NCBI RefSeq assembly: GCF_009914755.1
Contig: NC_060927.1
Source of the DNA: the human T2T-CHM13v2.0 reference genome, Homo sapiens
DNA: 64,000 nt
Strand: one strand, 5' to 3'
In this document: piece after piece, positions 13,382 through 28,345 of the stretch
How positions within the stretch are numbered: the stretch's first letter is position 1
Layout of the letters: every line of letters starts with the position of its first letter
Made by a program: the position numbers and the translations under genes
Notes under the pieces: generated by a model
The model's database searches: none
What the model was told of the DNA's origin: nothing
Seen by the model: the letters and a program-made list of their open reading frames with translations, nothing else

Positions 13382-14094
13382 TTTCCTTTATTCACTTTAA
13401 AAACATAAACCCTTTTATCTCATTTTTGTATAGCAGTCAAGAGAACAGGTTATTTAGGCAGACTGTCTGGGTTATAATTCTATCTTTGCCAATCACTATG
13501 GCATTTGGGTCAAATGCCATAAACCTCTGTGCCTCAGTTTCCTCATCTGTTAGATGGAAATCACAATGATATTGATGTCATAGCATTACTGTGAGGAATT
13601 TAAAAGCACTTAGAGAAGTTGCTGGAATGTAGTGATTAATAATTATTTTACTACTATTTTACTAATTTTCATTATTGTTAAAGGCTTACAGAATATTTCA
13701 CAACCAGTCCAAACAGAAATGTTTTTTCTAATTGCTCACTTACCGTAAGACTTTATATCTCTACTATTTTTAATCACATATAGCCTTGTGATTGTATTTA
13801 ACTTTACACATCGATGTATAGATCCATAAATATTTACTGAGAAACTGCTAAGTTCAAGGTATTTTGCTAGTCATTTTGGGAAACTTGAGCTAGAAATTAT
13901 TTTTTTAAAGAAGCAAAAATTCTTTAGCAGCAAATGAACTTATTCATGCTCTCAAAAACTACTGTTCGAGCACTCACATGTGCCCGGCACTGTCCTGTGC
14001 ACTGAGGATTCAGGAGTGAACAAAGCAGACACAAATCCCTGCCTCCATGGAGCCTCCATTCAACTGGGGGCGATGGAAAATAAACAGACAAATA

Positions 14095-14468
14095 TGTTGG
14101 AGGTTGGGCTGGTGGGAGGTATTTGGATCATAGAGGCAGATCCCTCATGAATGGCTTAATGTCATCCCTAAAGTAATGAGTGATTTCTCACTTGATGAGT
14201 TCAGATGAGATCTGGTTGTTTAAAAGAGTGTAGCTTCTTCCCCCTTCTTGTTCCCTTCTGTTGCTTCCTGTCTCACCATGTGACACCCACTCCCCCTTCA
14301 CCTTCTGCTATGATTTTAAGCTTCCTGAGGCCCTCACCAGAAGTGGACGCTGGCACAACACTTGCTGTACAGCCTGCAGAACCCTCAGCCAAAATAAACC
14401 TCTTTTCTTTATAAATTACCCATCCTCAGGTATTCTTTATAATTATAGTGATACAAGTGGACTAATAC
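14095..14468 (+). mobile_element. MSTB-like MaLR LTR inside an L2 fragment
   Basis: gcagatccctcatgaatggctt...cttcctgaggccctcaccagaag...ataaacctcttttctttataaattacc. Confidence 0.82.
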
Positions 14469-14931
14469 GCTATGGTAAAAAGTTTAGTGGGGCATTGAAT
14501 CTCTTAATCCAGGGTAAAATTAGAAGATAATCTTCCAATTCTGAAGACTAAAAGATCTCTAGAAATTATGATTTCAGAACAAAATATAATTATTGTAAAT
14601 ATTACAACATTTAACAACATAAAAATAACATGTCACCAAAATTGGGAGGTATGGAAAGGTGAGTTGGAAAAAAGCCTTAGTGTACAGACTTCTTTAACAG
14701 CAGGAAATCAATTAATAGTATCTAAAAGTGAAACACATAGCCAATAAAAGATACAATGACTGCAGCCTCTTCACATTGTTATAATTATTATTCTTATCCT
14801 TACAGAGGTATGTTATTAACTAATATCTCTTGTGGTAAAGGAACAATTATCTAAAGTTCAGCAACTACTCAGTTTCAGTTTTTTCTTTGATAATTTCAAA
14901 AAATACATTTAATACCTAGAAAAAATAATAC

Positions 14932-15433
14932 TGTATTGATTTCTCATTGCCGCTGTAACAAATAATCACAAACTTAGTGGCTTAAGCAATGCAAATGGAC
15001 TCTCTTACAGCTCTGGAGATTAAAAGTCCAAGATTGGTCTCACTGGGCTAAAATCAAGATGTCACTGGCCTGCATTCCTTCTGGAGGCTCTAGTGACCTT
15101 GCTGTTTCCAGCTCATAGAGCTCCTGCATTCCTGGTTTGTGCCCTCCTTTCTCTATTTTCAAAGCTAGCAACACTGGACCAAGCCCTTCTGATGCTGCCA
15201 TCTCTCTGGTTCTCCCTCTTCTGTGCTGTGCCCTCTTCTATTTTTAAGGACTCTTATAATTATATTGGGCCCACCCAGGTAATCCAGGATGATCTCCCTA
15301 TTTTAAAGGCAGCTAATTAACAATCTTAATTCTATCAATCTTAACTCTGCTTTGCCATGTAAGATAACATATTCAAAAACTCTGGGGATTAGGATGTGAA
15401 CATTGTTTGGGGGTTATTATTCTGCCTACTACA
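14932..15433 (-). mobile_element. MLT1D/C MaLR LTR
   Basis: tgtattgatttc...gctgtaacaaa...ttgggcccacccaggtaatccagg...attctgcctactaca. Confidence 0.8.
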
Positions 15434-15482
15434 AATACTCTGAATTCTGATAAAAAAAATACAATGTTTAAAAAGAGAGTTA

Positions 15483-16640
15483 AGGACAGTCTTTTCAACA
15501 AATGATATTAGGAAGACTGGATATCTCATGCAAAAGAATAAAGCTAGACCCTTACCTCATACCAAAAATTAAAATTAAAATAGATCAAAAACCTAAAACT
15601 ATAAAAACACATAGAAGAAAGCTCATGACATTGGATATGAGAGTAATTTATTGATATGACACCAAAAGTACCAGCAACAAAAGAAAACATAAACATGGAT
15701 TTCATCAAAATGAGAAATTTTTATGTATCAAAGAACAGTATCAACATAGTAAAGTGGCAACCCACAGAACGGGAGAGAATATTTGCAAAGCACATATCCA
15801 ATAAGGGATTAATATCCAGAATATATAAAGAACTCTTGAAAACAACAACAAATCAAACAGCCCAATTAAAAAATGGACAAAAGATTTGAATAGAAATTTC
15901 TCCAAAGAAGATATACAGATGGCCAATAAGCACATAAAATGATGCTCCATATCACTAATCACTAGGAAAATGCAATTAAAAATCACAATGAGATACGACT
16001 TCACACCCATTAGAATGGCAACTATCAAAAAACAAAATAACAAATGTTGGCCAGCATGTGGTGAAATTGGAACCCTTATGCACTGCTGGTGGGAATGTTA
16101 AGATGAGGTAGCTGCTGTATAAAACAGTATGGTGATTCGTCAAAAAATTAAACATGGAATTACCATATTTTCCAGCAGTTCCACATGTGATTATATACCC
16201 TCCAAAATTGAAAGCAGGGTCTCAAAGAGATATTTGTATACCGATGTTCACAGCAGCACTATTCACCATAGCCAAAAGGTGAAAACAACTCAAATGTCCA
16301 TTGATGGATGAATGGATAAACAAAGTATAACATACATACAATGGAATATTATTCAGCCTTGAAAAGGAAGAAAATTCTGATACATGCCACCATGTAATGA
16401 ACCTTGAAGACATTATGCTACATGCAATAAGCCAGACACAAGGGGACAAATATTGCATAATTCTGCTTTAATGAGCTACGTATAGCAGCCAAAATCATAG
16501 AGACAGAAAGTAGAACTGTGGTTGTCAGGGTCTTGGGGGAAGGAAGTAATGGGGAGTTATTGTTTCATGGTACAGAGTTTCCATTTGGGAAGATAAAAAG
16601 TTCTGGACAGGGATGGTGGTGATGGTTGCACAACAGTGTG
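15483..16640 (+). mobile_element. L1MB-like 3' fragment (ORF2 end plus 3'UTR)
   Basis: Degenerate ORF2 C-terminal peptides (MTPKVPATKE...[11 protein letters not shown]); L1M 3'UTR motifs. Confidence 0.88.
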
Positions 16641-16689
16641 ATGGTGTGGTAATCGGCTGGTGTCCCCAGCTACTGAATAAACTCTAGGT

Positions 16690-17175
16690 TAGCAGCTTTC
16701 AAACTTTTTGGCACCAGGACACCTTAACATGCTTAAAAATTGCTTGGGACACTGAAGAGCTTTTGTTTACATGGTTATATCTATAGATATATACCGTATT
16801 AGAAAGTAAAACAGAATTTAAAAATAGTCACTTAAAAATAACAGTAATAAATCTATACATATTAACATAAATTGCATACTTATCATGAAAGTTAACCATG
16901 TTTTCCAAAATAAAAAATTTGTTTAAAGAAATGGTGTTAGTTTACATTTTTACCTTTTTTTTAGCGACTAGCCTAAGAGAAGGCAGTGGTAGTCTCATAT
17001 CTGCTTTGTATTTAGTCTATTGTGATATTACATGCCATATAGCCTTTGGAAAACTGTCTATTAATGATAGGACAAGAGTGAAAAAGGCAAATAACATATT
17101 GGTATTGTTAGAGTTTGGACTTCCTGAGTCTCAGAGACTTCCAGGGGTTCCTGGACCACTGTTTGAGAACTTCTA
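16690..17175. mobile_element. hAT/Charlie-type DNA transposon relic
   Basis: cagctttcaaactttttgg...aagagcttttgttta start; ggaccactgtttgagaac end. Confidence 0.6.
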
Positions 17176-20100
17176 TTCTAGGCATAAAATGACACTGCAA
17201 GAGCTAGCATTAAATATTACAGGATATCATGAATAATTTCTCCATTTGTTCTGCACTATTAAACAATTTTAATAAACTGGAAAAGGAATAATGAAGCAAT
17301 AGGAATCCATTTCATAAATAGGGTATGTAAGGTAAAAGCCCTACTTTATTTGAATTTCATGGGTGTGAAATCATTAATAAACAGAATTAATGTTTTCAGT
17401 GTTATTGTAATGATCATAAAATTCTACATTCTTACTGAGATTATGCACTTTTATGCTTTAATAGATATCATTTTATGTGCTAAGTAGGTAGGTGCAAGAT
17501 CTTGAAATTGTTGGGGGGCCTCCTATGGGGATAATTGTGTGATGAAGTACAATCATTTACTTAAATATTTCTCCCAAGAGTTTGAGAGTTTCTAAATGAA
17601 TCAGCCAAATGCCTGGCTCCAGCATTCACTAGGCACAGCAGTTTTTCATCACTGAAGAATCTCAAATAAGATGCAATTGCCTGATAAATAATTTTGTGTT
17701 ACTTGTCAACTTTTCAAAAAAATAGTCCTTGGAAAGCTGTAGTATCAGCAAATGCAATCAACACATTACAGCAAGTTGATTTGCAGGTTTATCGTCATGG
17801 AAATAAAACTTTCAGACACTGGGAGGTATGGTGACAGTGAAATGTTTTTCTGCCCCTAGTGGCATGGATTTCAGAGAATATCTTTAGATGGATTGCTCTA
17901 TGTCAGCATTGACAAATTGCAAGTATAGTTTTATTTCAGTTTTCCCAGTTATATTCTTAAATGAATGTATTCCTTTTGTTGTTTAATTTTCTCTTGTAAA
18001 GATATATAGTTATTTTTAGTCGAATAGCTTATGAAAAATTAGGTGTATTTGACAAAGACACTTAATGTACAATTGGAATAAATGCAGTTCTAGTTGAATG
18101 TACAGCAATAGTATGATGGGCCCAAATTTATATTTCTATATATATGCACCTCTTCCATTGTCAAGATTTATTACATCCTAGAGAGTTTTCTAGGTGTTTT
18201 CAATAGGATCCTATAAATTCAGAACTTGGAGTCAGAAATGCATAATATTTCCTTACTTCAACATTGATAATGTTTCTCTTCCCCACTGTTCAAAATAGTC
18301 ATTTTCATTTTTTGAGTGAAGCCACACAATATGTACACTATTTACATTGTTTTTATAAATTTATATTTTATAATTAAATAATTATCTCAACATTTTAACT
18401 GTGAACTTTGTGTTTTAAATTGAGTTTTAACAAATGATTAGGAGAAACTACAACATTTATTAAATACAAAATATATTTTCCCCTTTTATTTTTCTAAGAA
18501 ACTGTCATCCTACCGATCATGCAACTGAATGCATCTTTTCAAGTTTGTTTTCTTATATAGGAAATATAAAGCAAGAAGTCTGCATGGTATAGTAAGAATC
18601 AAGAGATACAGAGTGAAAAGATCTGAGGTTGAATCTAGCCTTCCTACACTGGCTGTGTGATGTCAGACAAGTTCTGAAACTTTCCCAAGTTTCAACACTG
18701 TCATCTATAACATGGATTCTGAGGTACTATTACCAGGCTGCTCATGGTAATGAGCGTGGTAAGAACCTCCAGTTGCCCAACGCTGAGGAGCCCTCATCTC
18801 ATCTCAAGTGCTGCATTTGCCTCCAGCTAGTCTCCTGCCCGCAACGAGTTCATTCTCTACATGCCTACCAAAGTGATCTTTTAAAAATGTAAAGCAGAGT
18901 TTGCCATTGCTTGCTTGAAACCTCTATTAGCTTTCTGTTGTGTGTAGGATATACAACAGAAAAACTTTCACGTGGCCTATAAGGCCCCTGCCTGCTTGCT
19001 CTTCCCCACCCCTCCTCCAACCTCACCCCATGCTACTACACTCCATCTCACTCCTGTTATGGTGACCAGCCATCCCAGTTTGCCTGAGATTTTCTTAGTT
19101 TAAGCACTGAAAACAAGAATGATTGCCCACTACACTCCTGATAGTCCAGCCATATTGTTCTCTGGGTGTGCCCACATCTTTCCCATCTTTGAAATGTCTG
19201 TCTTGGAAGCCACATCATATGCCCTCACCATGTACCTAGTTCATGCCTATCCATCCTTCAGGCCTCAGTTTAAAGGTCCTATTTTCAGAGAATCCTTCCC
19301 TGAGTCACAGATATAAATTAGATCTCATGTGTTATTCTTATATTAGCACCCGCAGGGCTACTGCATACAGTTGTGCCTGCTGTGTGCTGCACAACATCAG
19401 GGACCTCCATAGATGATGTGAAGGTGGTCCCCGGAGTTGTACCATGAGTTGATGCTGAAACAGTTCTTTTCCTTTATAGCACCTTTGTCAGTTGTGGTAC
19501 ATATAATGTCTACAAATTGTATATATAAAGAATATATATTTCAGAATATATATATATATATATATATAAAATTGAAGAAATTTTTATACACCCTATTGGT
19601 ATGTAAGTTTCATAAGTGTAGGAGCTCTGTCAATTTTGATAATTTTTATACCCATTAACCAGTACAGTTAGTTATTTGTAAAATGCGTCCGATAAATACT
19701 TGCTTAATGAATGAATGGGAGCGTATTTTATGTGGGTTTGGTGACTATTATATGTGATAATATATTGAAAGTCCTTTGTAAGTTATTATTATTTATGATA
19801 AATATTAAATAGAATATGAAAAATGATTATTAGTACAATATCTAGGTTCTACTGTGATATAAAACTCTTAAATGTCTTTTCAAATACTCTATTAGCAGTC
19901 CTTAAGATTTTCCAGAGATATGCAATGATAAGCAGATCAATGGAGCAAAGTAAAGAATCCAGAACATTGCCTAAATATGAGTTTAGTATATACAAATGCA
20001 TTGTTTTATTTAGTGAAGAAAGAAGACATATTTAAATAAGTAGTCTTGGAAAAATTGCCTGTTTGGAAAAAAAATAGATTCTTACTGTATAACACACACA

Positions 20101-20277
20101 AAAATAAATTTCAGTGAATTAAAAATTTAAATATTTAAGATATGAAACAAATAATAAAAGAAGATATTGAAGAATAACTTCATATTCTTGGAGTAAGGAA
20201 TTTCTTTATAATTATGAAATAAACCCAGAAGTCATAAAAGACTTACAGAATTGCCTATTTAAAAATGCGAAATTTCT

Positions 20278-20569
20278 TTTTCCTTTTTCTTTTTTTTTTG
20301 AGACAGTGTCTCACTCTGCCACACAAGCTGGAGTAGAGTGGCGTGATCTTGGCTCACTACAACCTCCACTTCCCTGGTTCAAGTGATTCTCCTGCCTCAG
20401 CCTCCTGAGTAGCTGGGACTACAGGTGGTGCCACCACGCTGGGCTAATTTTTGTATTTTTAGTAGAAATGGGGTTTCACCATATTGGCCAGGCTGGTCTC
20501 GAACTCTTGACCTTGTGATCCGCCCTCCCAAAGTGCTGGGATTACAGGTGTGAGGCACCATGCCTGGCC
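20278..20569 (-). mobile_element. AluS (Sg-like) inserted in an old L1M fragment
   Basis: Poly-T followed by an antisense Alu dimer; TSD gcgaaatttct (20267-77) / acaaaatttct (20570-80). Confidence 0.93.
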
Positions 20570-20575
20570 ACAAAA

Positions 20576-20580
<5 letters not shown>

Positions 20581-20609
<29 letters not shown>

Positions 20610-22854
20610 GCTGTTGCAAGATTTAATAGAGTGAAATAGAGTGAAAACAGAGCTCCCATACAAAGGGAGGGGACCCAAAAATGGTAGCCATTGCTGGCTC
20701 CAATGCCTGGGTTTATAACCCAATCATTGTCCCTCCCACTGTGTTCTCAGGCGATAGATGATTGGCTATTTCTTTACCTCCTGTTTTAGCCTAGTTACCA
20801 TTTTAGTGAGCTCTCTTTCCTACCTGATTGGTCAGGTGTGAGCTAAGTTGCAAGCCCCGGGTTTAAAGGTAGAAGCAGTCACCTTCCCAGCTAGGCTTAG
20901 GGATTCTTAGTCAGCCTAGGAAATCCAGCTAGTCCTGTCTCTGAGTACCCCCTCTCAACAGGAAAACCCAAGTGCTGTTGGGGAGGATGGCCGATGACTG
21001 CTCTAACTGCTTCCTGCTGAATTGGGGCGTAGTGGGGGTTATGCAGTTGAGATTTCCTCTGGAGGGGTGCCTTCGATGTCATTAACATCGGAGCATGGGC
21101 TAGCAGGCCGGTCCAGGGGTCTGCGGTAGATCTTAGTCATGGACTGCGTCTGGGGCTCCATTTGAAGAACAATTTGTAGTTTTAGAGCTTCAATTTTGGA
21201 AGAGACAAACTTAACAAGGAGGTTAAAGATACAGGGATTGAAATGTATGGCCTGAAGTGCAGGGGATTATTTCTTTGGGACACTTCACAGGCCCTGACTA
21301 TCTGCTTGATAGTTTTGAAAAGGCCTGGCCCAGTAAATAATAATTTGGCCATCTGATGGGTACTATCAATGCCTAAGTGGAAGGTTAGGTGAAGGGTTTT
21401 AAGTAATTTCTATTGGTTAGCTGCAGGCAAAATATTTTTCCTTCTCTGGTGGCTAGCCATCTGGAGGGGAGGGAAGTATGTCCTCGTGAGGTTCCCTATT
21501 CTATTTTTCCTGCTGAGTACTGGGACTTGGTTTCCCGGAGTGGATTACCCCATACTAGGGGTCCTTCTATAAGCATTTCTAATGGAGGGTCCTGCCTTGC
21601 AGCTCTTTTGACTTCAATATCTGCTTGGCGGTTCCCTTCTATTTCCCTTTCCTTTCCTTTCTGATGATGATGGCAGTGTAAGACTGCCACCTCTTCAGGT
21701 TTCTGTACAGCCAATAATAATCTCCTAATGGCTTCCTGATGTTTGATAGGTGTTCCCTCGAAATTAGGAATTCCCTTTCTCTCCATATTGCTGCATGGGC
21801 ATGGAGGACTAGGTAAGCATACTTAGAGTCTGTATATATATTTACCCTTTTTCCCTTCTCCTAATTCTAGTGCCCGAGTGAGGGCTGTTAGTTTTGCCAG
21901 CTGAGCACTAGTTCCTGGAGTGAGGGGTTTACTTTCAAGTATTCCATTATCACTGACCACTGCATACCCTGCTTTTCAAAGTCCTTTTTCTACAAAGGAA
22001 CTTCCATCAGTATACAAGCTGAGGTCGGGATCAGTTAAGGGACCCTCTAAAAGGTCCCTTCAAGTGGCATAGGTTTGAGCAATTACTTGTTGACAGTTAC
22101 ATTCTATCTTTTCTTCATTGTCTGGAAGAAATGTGGCTGGGTTAAGAGTTGCACAAGTGCGCAGTCACAGCACTGGACCTTCAAGTAATAGAGCCTGATA
22201 TTTAAGTAAACAGTTGTCTGACAGCCACAAGTCTCCTTTAGCAGTGAGTATGCCATTCACATCATGAGATGTCCACACAGTAAGATCTCTTCCCTGTATC
22301 ATTTTAACTTTTTCAGATACTAAGACTGCTACTGTCGCCAATACCCGTAAACAATGTGGCCAACTCTTTGCCACTACATCAGTTTCCTTACTCAGGTATG
22401 CCATGGGTTGCAAGCTCATCCCTCGGACCTGTGTAAGGACTCCTAGAGCTATTCCTGTTTTTTCTGTGACTTATAAAGAAAAGTCTTGTCCCGTTGGCAA
22501 GCTTAACGCTGGGGCTTGGGTTAGGGCCTTCTTTAGAGCCTGGAAAGCTGCTTCTGCCTCAGGTGTCCATCTTACTAAATGGGTATTGGCTTTCTGAGTT
22601 TCCTTAATTATATAATGTTCTGGCTATTTCGCCGTACCTGGGAATCCATATTCGGCAGAAACCTGTTATGCCAAGGAGCCCTTTTAGTTGCTTTAGGGTT
22701 TTGGGATGAGGACAAGCCAGTATAGGCTGGATACGTTCCTCACTGAGTGCCCTGGTGCCTTTGGATAATTTTGCCCCTACGTATTTAACCTGCTATGAGC
22801 AGAGCTGAGCCTTTGGTTTGGAAACCTTGTAGCCACAGGTAACGAGGAAATTTA
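20581..22854 (-). pseudogene. HERV-W (HERV17/LTR17) processed pseudogene: 5'-truncated pol (RT/RNaseH), deleted IN/env, env TM tail, PPT, U3-R, polyA
   Basis: LTR17 U3-R (about 20610-20944; minus strand gagacaggactagctggatttcctagg...attaaatcttgcaac) ends directly in polyA with no U5. PPT at 20945-59. Degenerate gammaretroviral pol peptides (AYLSKETDVVAKSWPHCLR; VAVLHCHHHQKG...EGNRQAD). 19-bp TSD. Confidence 0.92.
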
Positions 22855-22873
22855 GCCTTGCCGCAAAATTTCT

Positions 22874-25160
22874 ATATAGCAAAAGACATAATAAAGATAA
22901 AAGACAAATGAGAAATAACAAATTAAGAAAACATTTGCAATTCTTACAATATATACAGGTTATAATGTATAAAATATATGTTCTACCTACCCCTTTAAAT
23001 TAGGAAAAAAAGAAAACCCAACAGAAAAATGAGCAGAGGAAATTACCAATTTCATGAAGAATCTCACAAAAGGCTAATAAAAGGTGATTCAACCTTATTA
23101 AATAAATAAAAATAAAACTATAATATATCACAGTTTTGTAAAACTGGAAAGATTTACAAGACAGAATATACAATGTTAACAAAAGTGTGGGGGAAAACAG
23201 GACTTTTATACATTGTTGGTAAAATGCATAATAGTTTTGAAGAAATATTTTACAACTTTTTTAAAAATTAACATTTTTATTCAACAGTTTTTTAAAAAAT
23301 ATCATATGTAAAGAACTCTCTGGGTGTTGAGAATACAATGCTTTTTTTTTTTAAGTCCCTAACCTCTTGGAATATAACATTCTGGAGGAGAAGTTAGAAA
23401 ATGAACAAAAAACTACAAATAGAAGTAAAATATAATATCTTATAAAACACAGTGGCATTCTACTTCTGATAATGTAGGCTGGGTAATGCCAGCAAGATTT
23501 CAGTAGATTAGACTAGACTAGTTTTCATAAAGCTTATATACCACTAAAGCAGAAATTAATGAACTGAAAGAAAGGTGAGAATACATTAGAATACTGAGAG
23601 TAAAAACAGGGAATTACAGAAGAAAGGGCAAAAGACCGGGGAAACACAGTGAGATCTAATATCACTTAACTGAAGTCTCAGAGAGAAACAGTATTTCAGG
23701 AAATAACAGGGGAAAATTTTCCAGAATTGATGGATATCATTCAATAGATTCAAGAGACTGAAGAATACCGAGTAACAAAATACAGAAATCTATAGCTTGA
23801 TATATCATATTAAAACTTCAGACAACCAAAGATGTAGAGATTCTTGAAAGAATCCAGAGAAAAACCAATAAATTACTTTCAAACAAGTGACAAGGAAACT
23901 AATTGCTAATCTAAATAGCAATAAAGAAACGCATAAGTAATTGACATCTTCTGTGTACTGAAAGAAAGTAACTTCCAACCTGTAATTCATAGAGTAAATC
24001 AAGGTAATGAAAATTAAAGTCCACACTGAGATACCACTACGTACCACTCAGGACAAAAATGTAAAAGTTTGATAATACCAAGTGTTGTTAAGGATGTGGA
24101 ACTACAAAGACAAATTATGCTTCCATTACTGGTGGGAGTATAAATTGATGCCTCTTCTTTGGAAAATAGCTCTTGGCATCTTCTAATAAAGATGCATACC
24201 CTATGACTCAATAATTTTACTCCTGGGTGTATTCCTTAGAAACATGTATGCTTATGTGTGAAACCAGCCCAACAGTCCTATAGACAATTGTTTTGGGATA
24301 AACATAGAAATTGACCCTTCTGCTCTTAAAGCTTGAAACTTGTCTTTGTTTTATCTGAGTTTCTTTCTCAGGAAAGGACTATCAGGCCTCTCAAAAAAGT
24401 ATCAAAGAACCAAAACTCACCAGATGCCTCAAGCCCCCCTGTAGTTCTTGCTTTCTTACACATTGTTACATTTCTTCCCTGCTATATAAACCCTAGAGTT
24501 AGTGAGCCAGGGAGATGGAATTGAGGCTGAGCTCCCATCTTTTTGGCTGCAGCACCCGATTAAAGCCTTCTTCCTTGGTGTACTCATTGTCTCAGTGATT
24601 GGCTTTCTGTGCTGCGAGCAGCAGGACCTAGACCGAACCCCTGGTGTTTCGGTAACATGTGCACCAGGAGACATATACAAGAATGCAGTAATAGCCTCTA
24701 GAAACAATGAAATGCCTATTAATAGCATAACAAATAAATTATAGCATATTCATACAATGGGATGCTCTATAGCAATAAAAGTAAATGGACCTCAGCTCTC
24801 TGTAACAACATAGATAAATCTTGTAGACATGATATAACTAAAAGAAGCAAGATATGAAAGATTCCCTAAGATATAATTTCTTTTACATAACCATTAAACC
24901 AGATAAGCCAGAGTATATCATTTAGGAATTATATATATAACTATATATATATATACTTTCATATATATATATATATGAAACTATAAAGAAAAGCAAGGAC
25001 GTGCTTACCATAAAAGTTAAAATATTGGTTATTTCTAGAGTGAAAAGCAGGCTTACAAATAGGAAGGGATGTGGAATATCGGAATGTCGGTGATGCATTT
25101 GGGCCACTGGTTAATTTTAAGTTTCTCGACCTATATAGTAGTTTTGCAAGTATTTGCTTT
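22874..25160 (+). mobile_element. Old L1M (ME/MD-like) fragments
   Basis: Degenerate A-rich L1 ORF1-like, ORF2 and 3'UTR motifs (e.g. gataataccaagtgttg, gcatattcatacaatgg). Confidence 0.6.
24259..24657 (+). mobile_element. ERV solo LTR (LTR47/LTR26-like)
   Basis: TG...CA termini (tgaaaccagccc...gtttcggtaaca); TGTG TSD; tatataaa box; attaaa signal; interrupts L1M. Confidence 0.75.
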
Positions 25161-25575
25161 ATATTTATTATATTGCACTTCTTTGGTATTGTTTGGGAGG
25201 TATCATTTTAGTAGAAACAAAGGAAATGAGAGAGCAAACTCTGTACATATCTAGGGGAAATGTTCTCTCTGACAGAAATGTGCCTCTCCTTTTACCCAGC
25301 ATTTTCTTGTAGTAGTTTATCATCCAGAAATACCTCTACAAACTTTGCAAAGTTATGTGTTCACCACAACATTGAAGTGTGTAAGTAAATTTAGGTTGAG
25401 AGTTTATCATGAGTGGAGATTTTTCTCTGAGCAAATGCTAAACAGCAGGTTGTAGGAATGTCCCTCCAGTCATTTTTTTTTTCTTTCTGGCAGGCATCCT
25501 GTATAACTACTCCAGACCAATTTAATGTTAATTTCTCATGAAATCCTACAGCACATGAGAAATGTAAATTCAGAT

Positions 25576-25864
25576 TTTTATTTTATTTTATTTTATTTTG
25601 AGACAGAGTCTCGTTCTGTCGCCCAGGCTGGAGCGCAGTGGCACAATCTCTGCTCGCTGCAATCTCTGCCTCACCGGATTCAAGCGATTCTCTGCCTCAG
25701 CCTCCTGAATAGCTGGGATTGTAGGTGTGCACAACCACACCTGGCTAATTTTTGTATTTTTAGTAGAGACGGGGTTTCACCATGTTAGCCAGGATGGTCT
25801 CGATCTCCTGACCTCATGATCCACCCACCTTGGACTCCCAAAGTGCTGGGATTAGTGTGAGCCA
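25576..25864 (-). mobile_element. AluSc-like element missing its first ~12 nt
   Basis: (TTTTA)n tail, antisense Alu body, ends at gtgagcca abutting an L1 5' end. Confidence 0.9.
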
Positions 25865-25865
25865 A

Positions 25866-27340
<1,475 letters not shown>

Positions 27341-27387
27341 ACTTGGCTTCAGCTCCGCTGAAACAAAAATTTTCAAAACGGTGATAT

Positions 27388-27485
27388 TGTGATACACACA
27401 CACACACACACATATATAAAGTACACATAAAGTTCATATATATATGTATATATGTATATATGTATATTTGTATATTATATATGTG

Positions 27486-27541
<56 letters not shown>

Positions 27542-28345
27542 AAGTTTTCACCCATGGTTCCTAGCTCATAACTTCCATAGCCCTTGTTTCAGTAAACAGA
27601 ATCTCTTTCTCTGACCTTCCCCTGCCCTCCTTTCTCTCACCTACAATAGAACTCTAATCTGATTGTGAGTCATAAGACCTTCATTCTAGAGAGGGTCCTG
27701 TTTCATTCCCTGGAGAAAGAGATGCTGCATAGAGAGGCCAAATGGAATCTGAACAAAGAGGCTTTGCTAGGTTTAGATCTTACTCTTTTTGTCCAATCAC
27801 ATTTTGACACAGTTATCCATGCTTTGACCATGCCTATGCAATGAAGTCTCCAAAAAACCCAAAAGGATGGAGTTTGCCCAGATTCTGGATGGCTGAACAC
27901 ATGGAGGGTCCTAGAGGGTGGCACACCCAGGAAGGGCATGGATGCTCCATGCCACTTCCTCCATGCCTTACCCTATGCATTTCTTTATCTGTATCCTATG
28001 TCATATCCTGTATAATAAACCAGTAAACATCAGTGTTTCCCTGAGTTCTGTGAGTCACCCTAGCAAATTAATCAAACCCAAGGAGGGGGCTGTGAGAAGC
28101 TGATTTATAGCCAGTTGATCAGAAGGCCTGGATTTGTGACTGGTGTTTGAAGTGGGGCAGTCTTGGGGACTGAGCTCTCAACCTGTGAGATCTGACACCA
28201 TCTCCAGTGTCATAGATAGATATTGTAGATAGTCAGAATTGAATTAGGGAACACCCAGCTGGTGTCCATTGCAGTAGTAATTGCTTGTTTGTTTGTGGGA
28301 AAAACACCCACACATTTGGTCACAGGTGTCTTCTGTATTGATTGT
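27388..28345. mobile_element. MER21-like LTR with internal (CA)/(TA)/(TG) microsatellite (27393-27541)
   Basis: catggttcctagctcataac...gtttccctgagttctgtgag...aaacccaaggagggg...cacatttggtcacag. Confidence 0.75.

Noticed and set aside
17851-17863. CTCF-like gccactaggggcag on the minus strand
   Set aside because: One G short of the core spacing, so a poor match
21496-22419. Retroviral pol-like ORFs
   Set aside because: Disrupted pieces of the HERV-W retrocopy; no intact frame
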